From an uncultured Candidatus Rokubacteria bacterium (GTDB lineage Bacteria; Methylomirabilota; Methylomirabilia; Rokubacteriales; CSP1-6), in NCBI GenBank assembly GCA_963747235.1, contig CAVVEU010000008.1, positions 160,001-224,000 of the forward strand: DNA of 64,000 nt, read 5' to 3'. Shown here piece by piece: positions 60,883-64,000 of the stretch (position 1 is the stretch's first letter; each line of letters begins with the position of its first letter). Under the pieces are notes generated by a model. It worked only from the letters and a program-made list of their open reading frames with translations, ran no database searches and had not been told where the DNA came from. Position numbers and translations under genes: made by a program.

Positions 60883-63472
60883 GTGGCCGTGGCAGAGCAG
60901 CTCCTCGAGTCGTTCAAGGCCCGCTACCAGTTTCCGCTCGACGACTTCCAGCTCCGGGCCATCGCGGCCATCCTCGACGGCAAGTCGGTGATCGTGTCCG
61001 CGCCGACCGGCTCGGGCAAGACCCTGGTGGCCGAGTTCGCCATCCACGCCGCGCTCGCACCGCGGCCGCCGCATCGCCTACACCACGCCGCTCAAGGCGC
61101 TCTCCAACCAGAAGTACGCCGACTTCGTCCGCCAGTGGGGCGCCGAGCAGGTCGGCATCCTCACCGGCGACGTCAAGGTCAACTCCCGCGCGCCGGTGGT
61201 GGTGATGACCACCGAGATCCTGCGCAACATGTTCTACTCGGGCGGGCTCGCGGGCCTCGACACGGTGGTGCTCGACGAGTGCCACTACATGGGCGACGAG
61301 GGGCGGGGGACGGTGTGGGAGGAGATCATCGTCAACTGCCCGAAGGACGTGGCCCTGGTCGCCCTGTCCGCCACCGTGCGCAACGTGGACGAGATCGCGG
61401 ACTGGATCAGCCTGGTGCACCGGCCCATCGTGGCCATCACCCATCCGCACCGGCCGGTGCCGCTGCAGTACCTGGTCGCGGACCTCTCGGGCGAGATCCA
61501 CACCTACGACGCGGTCCGCCACGGGAAGGTGCGCCTGCTCGGCGAGGAGCGCGAGGGCGGCTACAACGACCGCGGGCGCTGGTACACGCGCCGGGTGGTG
61601 GATCCCACCGTGATGCTCGACGAGCTGGAGAGCCGCGGGTGGCTGCCCGCCATCTACTTCATCTTCAGCCGCGCGGGCTGCGAGCGGGCGATGGAGACGG
61701 TCCTGGCCGAGGGCAAGCCGCTGCTGACGCGCGAGCAGCAGCGGCAGGTGGACGAGGCGATCCGCGAGCAGGTCACCGACAACCCGACCATCGCGGAGTC
61801 GCCGCTCAACCAGACCATCTTCCAGGCGCTCGGCATGGGGGTCGGGCTCCACCACGCGGGCATCCTGCCCACCGTGAAGCGCTTCATCGAGCTGCTCTTC
61901 GAGCGGGGCCTCTGCAAGGTGGTGTTCGCCACCGAGACGATGTCGCTCGGCATCCACATGCCGGCCAAGAGCGTGATGCTCCAGTCGCTGACCAAGCGCA
62001 CCGACCGCGGCTTCCGCAGCCTCACCCACAACGAGCTGACCCAGATGGCGGGGCGCGCGGGCCGCCGCGGCATCGATCCCGAGGGCAAGTGCGTGATGGC
62101 CCTCGACGTGCGCGACGGGCTCGACGACATGAAGCGGGTGGTGAACGGCCCGCCCGAGCCGATCGCGAGCCAGTTCAAGCTGGGCTACGGCTCGGTGGCG
62201 CTCCTGCTCTCGACCGGCAACGACCTCGCGACGATCCGGCGCATCGTCGAGTCCTCGTTCGGGCAGTACCAGAACATGAAGCGCATCAAGTCGCTCGAGA
62301 CCGACGTGCGAAGCCTCGAGATGGCGGTCGCCGACGGCCAGCGCTTTGACGCCCCCTGCGGCGACTTCGCGCGCATCGGCCGCTACCGCCAGGCCCGCTC
62401 CGAGCTCGAGGTGGCGCGGATGGCGCGCGGACGGGGCGGGCGGCGCGGGCGCGCCGCGGCGGACGCGGAGCCCGGGCGCCTCGCGCTGGTGCGGCGCAAG
62501 AGCGGCGCCAGCCTCGGCCTCATCGTGGGGGTGGACCGGCGGCGGCACCGCGATCTGATCCAGGTGCTGCTGGCCCACGGCGGCACCGTGCAGATGAAGG
62601 AAGGCAACGTGAAGCGCGTCTTCTGGCAGACGCCGCCGCTGCACGTGCCGCGCGACTGGGAGCAGCGCACCCGCGGGCTCACCGAGCAGATGACGCGCCT
62701 GTCGGTGCCCGAGCTGATCGAGCGCGAGAAGAGCCACGGCCCGGAGGGCGCGCTCGCCGCCATCGAGTGCCACCGCTGCCCGTGGGGCTCGCAGAGCCGC
62801 TGCGAGCAGGCCTGGAAGGGCCTCGACGGGGTGGACCGGCAGCTCGCCCAGAAGCGGGAGATGCTCGACGCCTTCCGCAACGCGTACTGGCAGGAGTTTC
62901 TCCGGGTCGTCGAGGTGCTGGAGCGCTTCGGGGCGGTGCAGGACGCCAAGCTCCTCGCCAAGGGCCAGCTCATCGCCGGGCTCCGGCACGACAACGAGCT
63001 GCTGGTGGCCGAGGTGGTGGACCGCGGCGTCCTCCGCGACACCACGCTCGCGGAGGCGGCCGCGCTCTGCTCCGGGCTCATCGAGGAGTCGCGCTCCGGG
63101 GACGCGGCGGTGGCGCGGCTCTTCCTCAAGAAGCGGCCCAAGATCAAGCGCAAGCTGCAGGAGATGGAGTCCGTCGCGAACACCGTGCTCGAGGTCCAGC
63201 GGCGGCACGGGCTGCCGATGCCGGTGTCCATCTCCACCGGCTTCATGCCGTCGGTGTTCCGCTGGGCCTCCGGCGAGGACGACTGGTCCGCGATCGTGGA
63301 GGAGTCCTTCGGCGGCCACGAGGGGGACCTGATCCGCGCCATGCGGCGGCTCATCGACGTCCTGCGCCAGCTCGCGGAGTCGCCCGAGGTCGAGCCGGTG
63401 GTGGCCGGCCTCCTGAGCCGGGCGTCCCGGGTCATCGACCGCGGGATCGTGCTGGAGTCCGCCCTGATTTGA
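60883..63472 (+). CDS. helY: Ski2-like DExH RNA helicase (frameshift near 61060)
   Basis: APTGSGKT, TPLKALSNQK, DECH, SAT, HHAG, QMAGRAGRRG, DSHCT-like EGDLIR. Confidence 0.9.
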
Positions 63473-63489
63473 GGGGCCGGCGGCCCCTC
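63471..63489 (+). terminator. GC hairpin after helY
   Basis: GAGGGGCC-GGC-GGCCCCTC followed by AT-rich tract that also contains TATAAT for the next gene. Confidence 0.45.
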
Positions 63490-63510
63490 GTATATATAAT
63501 GAGGCCATCC

Positions 63511-64000
63511 ATGATGAGGATCACCATGAGCCGACTGACCCGCTCGTCCTCCCGGCTGGCCGCGGCGGCGCTCCTGACCGCCGCGTGCGCGGCGACCGAG
63601 CCCGTGCTCGAGCGCACCACCCGGGGCCCCAACGCCGAGGAGTTCTTCATCATGCAGTCGTTCGCGGTCAACGGCCGGAGCCCCAACTTCGACGAGAAGC
63701 GCGTCTGGCAGGACCAGATGGACGAGAAGGTCTTCAAGTATCTCCGCGAGCATCCGGAGCTCGAGAACACGTCGCGCTACAGCGAGTTCCGCTTCTGGCG
63801 CCAGGTGACCAGCGGCAGCACCCCCGGCGAGGTGAAGATCCTGCTGGGCGAGCCGCGCGAGCGGACCATCGATTCCGCCCTGATGGCCTCGCTCGGCGAG
63901 CAGCACTGGCAGGCGGTCCGGACCACCGCCAAGGAAGCCTGGGTGTACCCGCTCGGCTGGGTCGTCTTCTTCGACGACAAGGGCGTGGTGGACCTGCTCC
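63511..64000 (+). CDS. Lipoprotein with BamE/SmpA-like C-terminal motif (runs off window)
   Basis: Lipobox LTAAC; GSTPGEVKILLGEP...WVY. Confidence 0.65.
   Translation, partial: MMRITMSRLTRSSSRLAAAALLTAACAATEPVLERTTRGPNAEEFFIMQSFAVNGRSPNFDEKRVWQDQMDEKVFKYLREHPELENTSRYSEFRFWRQVTSGSTPGEVKILLGEPRERTIDSALMASLGEQHWQAVRTTAKEAWVYPLGWVVFFDDKGVVDLL

Noticed and set aside
3700-61100. Dozens of frameshifts as mass pseudogenisation or programmed frameshifting
   Set aside because: Single-base indels in GC runs, regionally clustered, with intact motifs on both sides and no in-frame stops: typical long-read consensus error
56-63980. Many long overlapping ORFs in the track (e.g. 20336-23422, 26356-28968, 39453-42104, 60914-63508)
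   Set aside because: Arg/Gly/Ala/Pro-rich shadow frames expected at very high GC; they overlap well-supported genes

Overview
Very GC-rich bacterial chromosome segment with about 68 protein-coding genes and no rRNA, tRNA, CRISPR array or transposase that I can see. GC content and gene repertoire (outer-membrane porin, ExbBD, many Tat-exported ABC binding proteins) suggest a diderm soil bacterium such as Ca. Rokubacteria; this is inference only. Many genes at about 3.7-14.3 kb and 42.7-61 kb are split by 1-nt indels that look like long-read consensus errors, so their coordinates are approximate. Main blocks: (1) a minus-strand Cu/Zn homeostasis supercluster at about 2.5-15 kb; (2) housekeeping and catabolic genes with two ATPase-less ABC importers; (3) a secreted creatininase-family / beta-propeller / GT-C / GT2 cluster; (4) trpB2, a form II CoxL-like molybdoenzyme and a haloalkane dehalogenase; (5) an iron operon bfd-bfr-hemP-exbB-exbD-cytochrome c/FTR1 under a DtxR-like palindrome, divergent from a methanethiol-oxidase homolog plus SCO; (6) a halohydrin dehalogenase-YciI pair and HelY. 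The best candidate for an undescribed system is a 101-aa exported, His-motif leader peptide ending in the ribosome-arrest motif RAPP (11219-11524). It is followed by a perfect 10-bp stem that hides the Shine-Dalgarno of the metal-porin/Zn-ABC operon, suggesting a cysteine-free, possibly zinc-sensing counterpart of the copper-sensing CruR/CutF arrest peptides.
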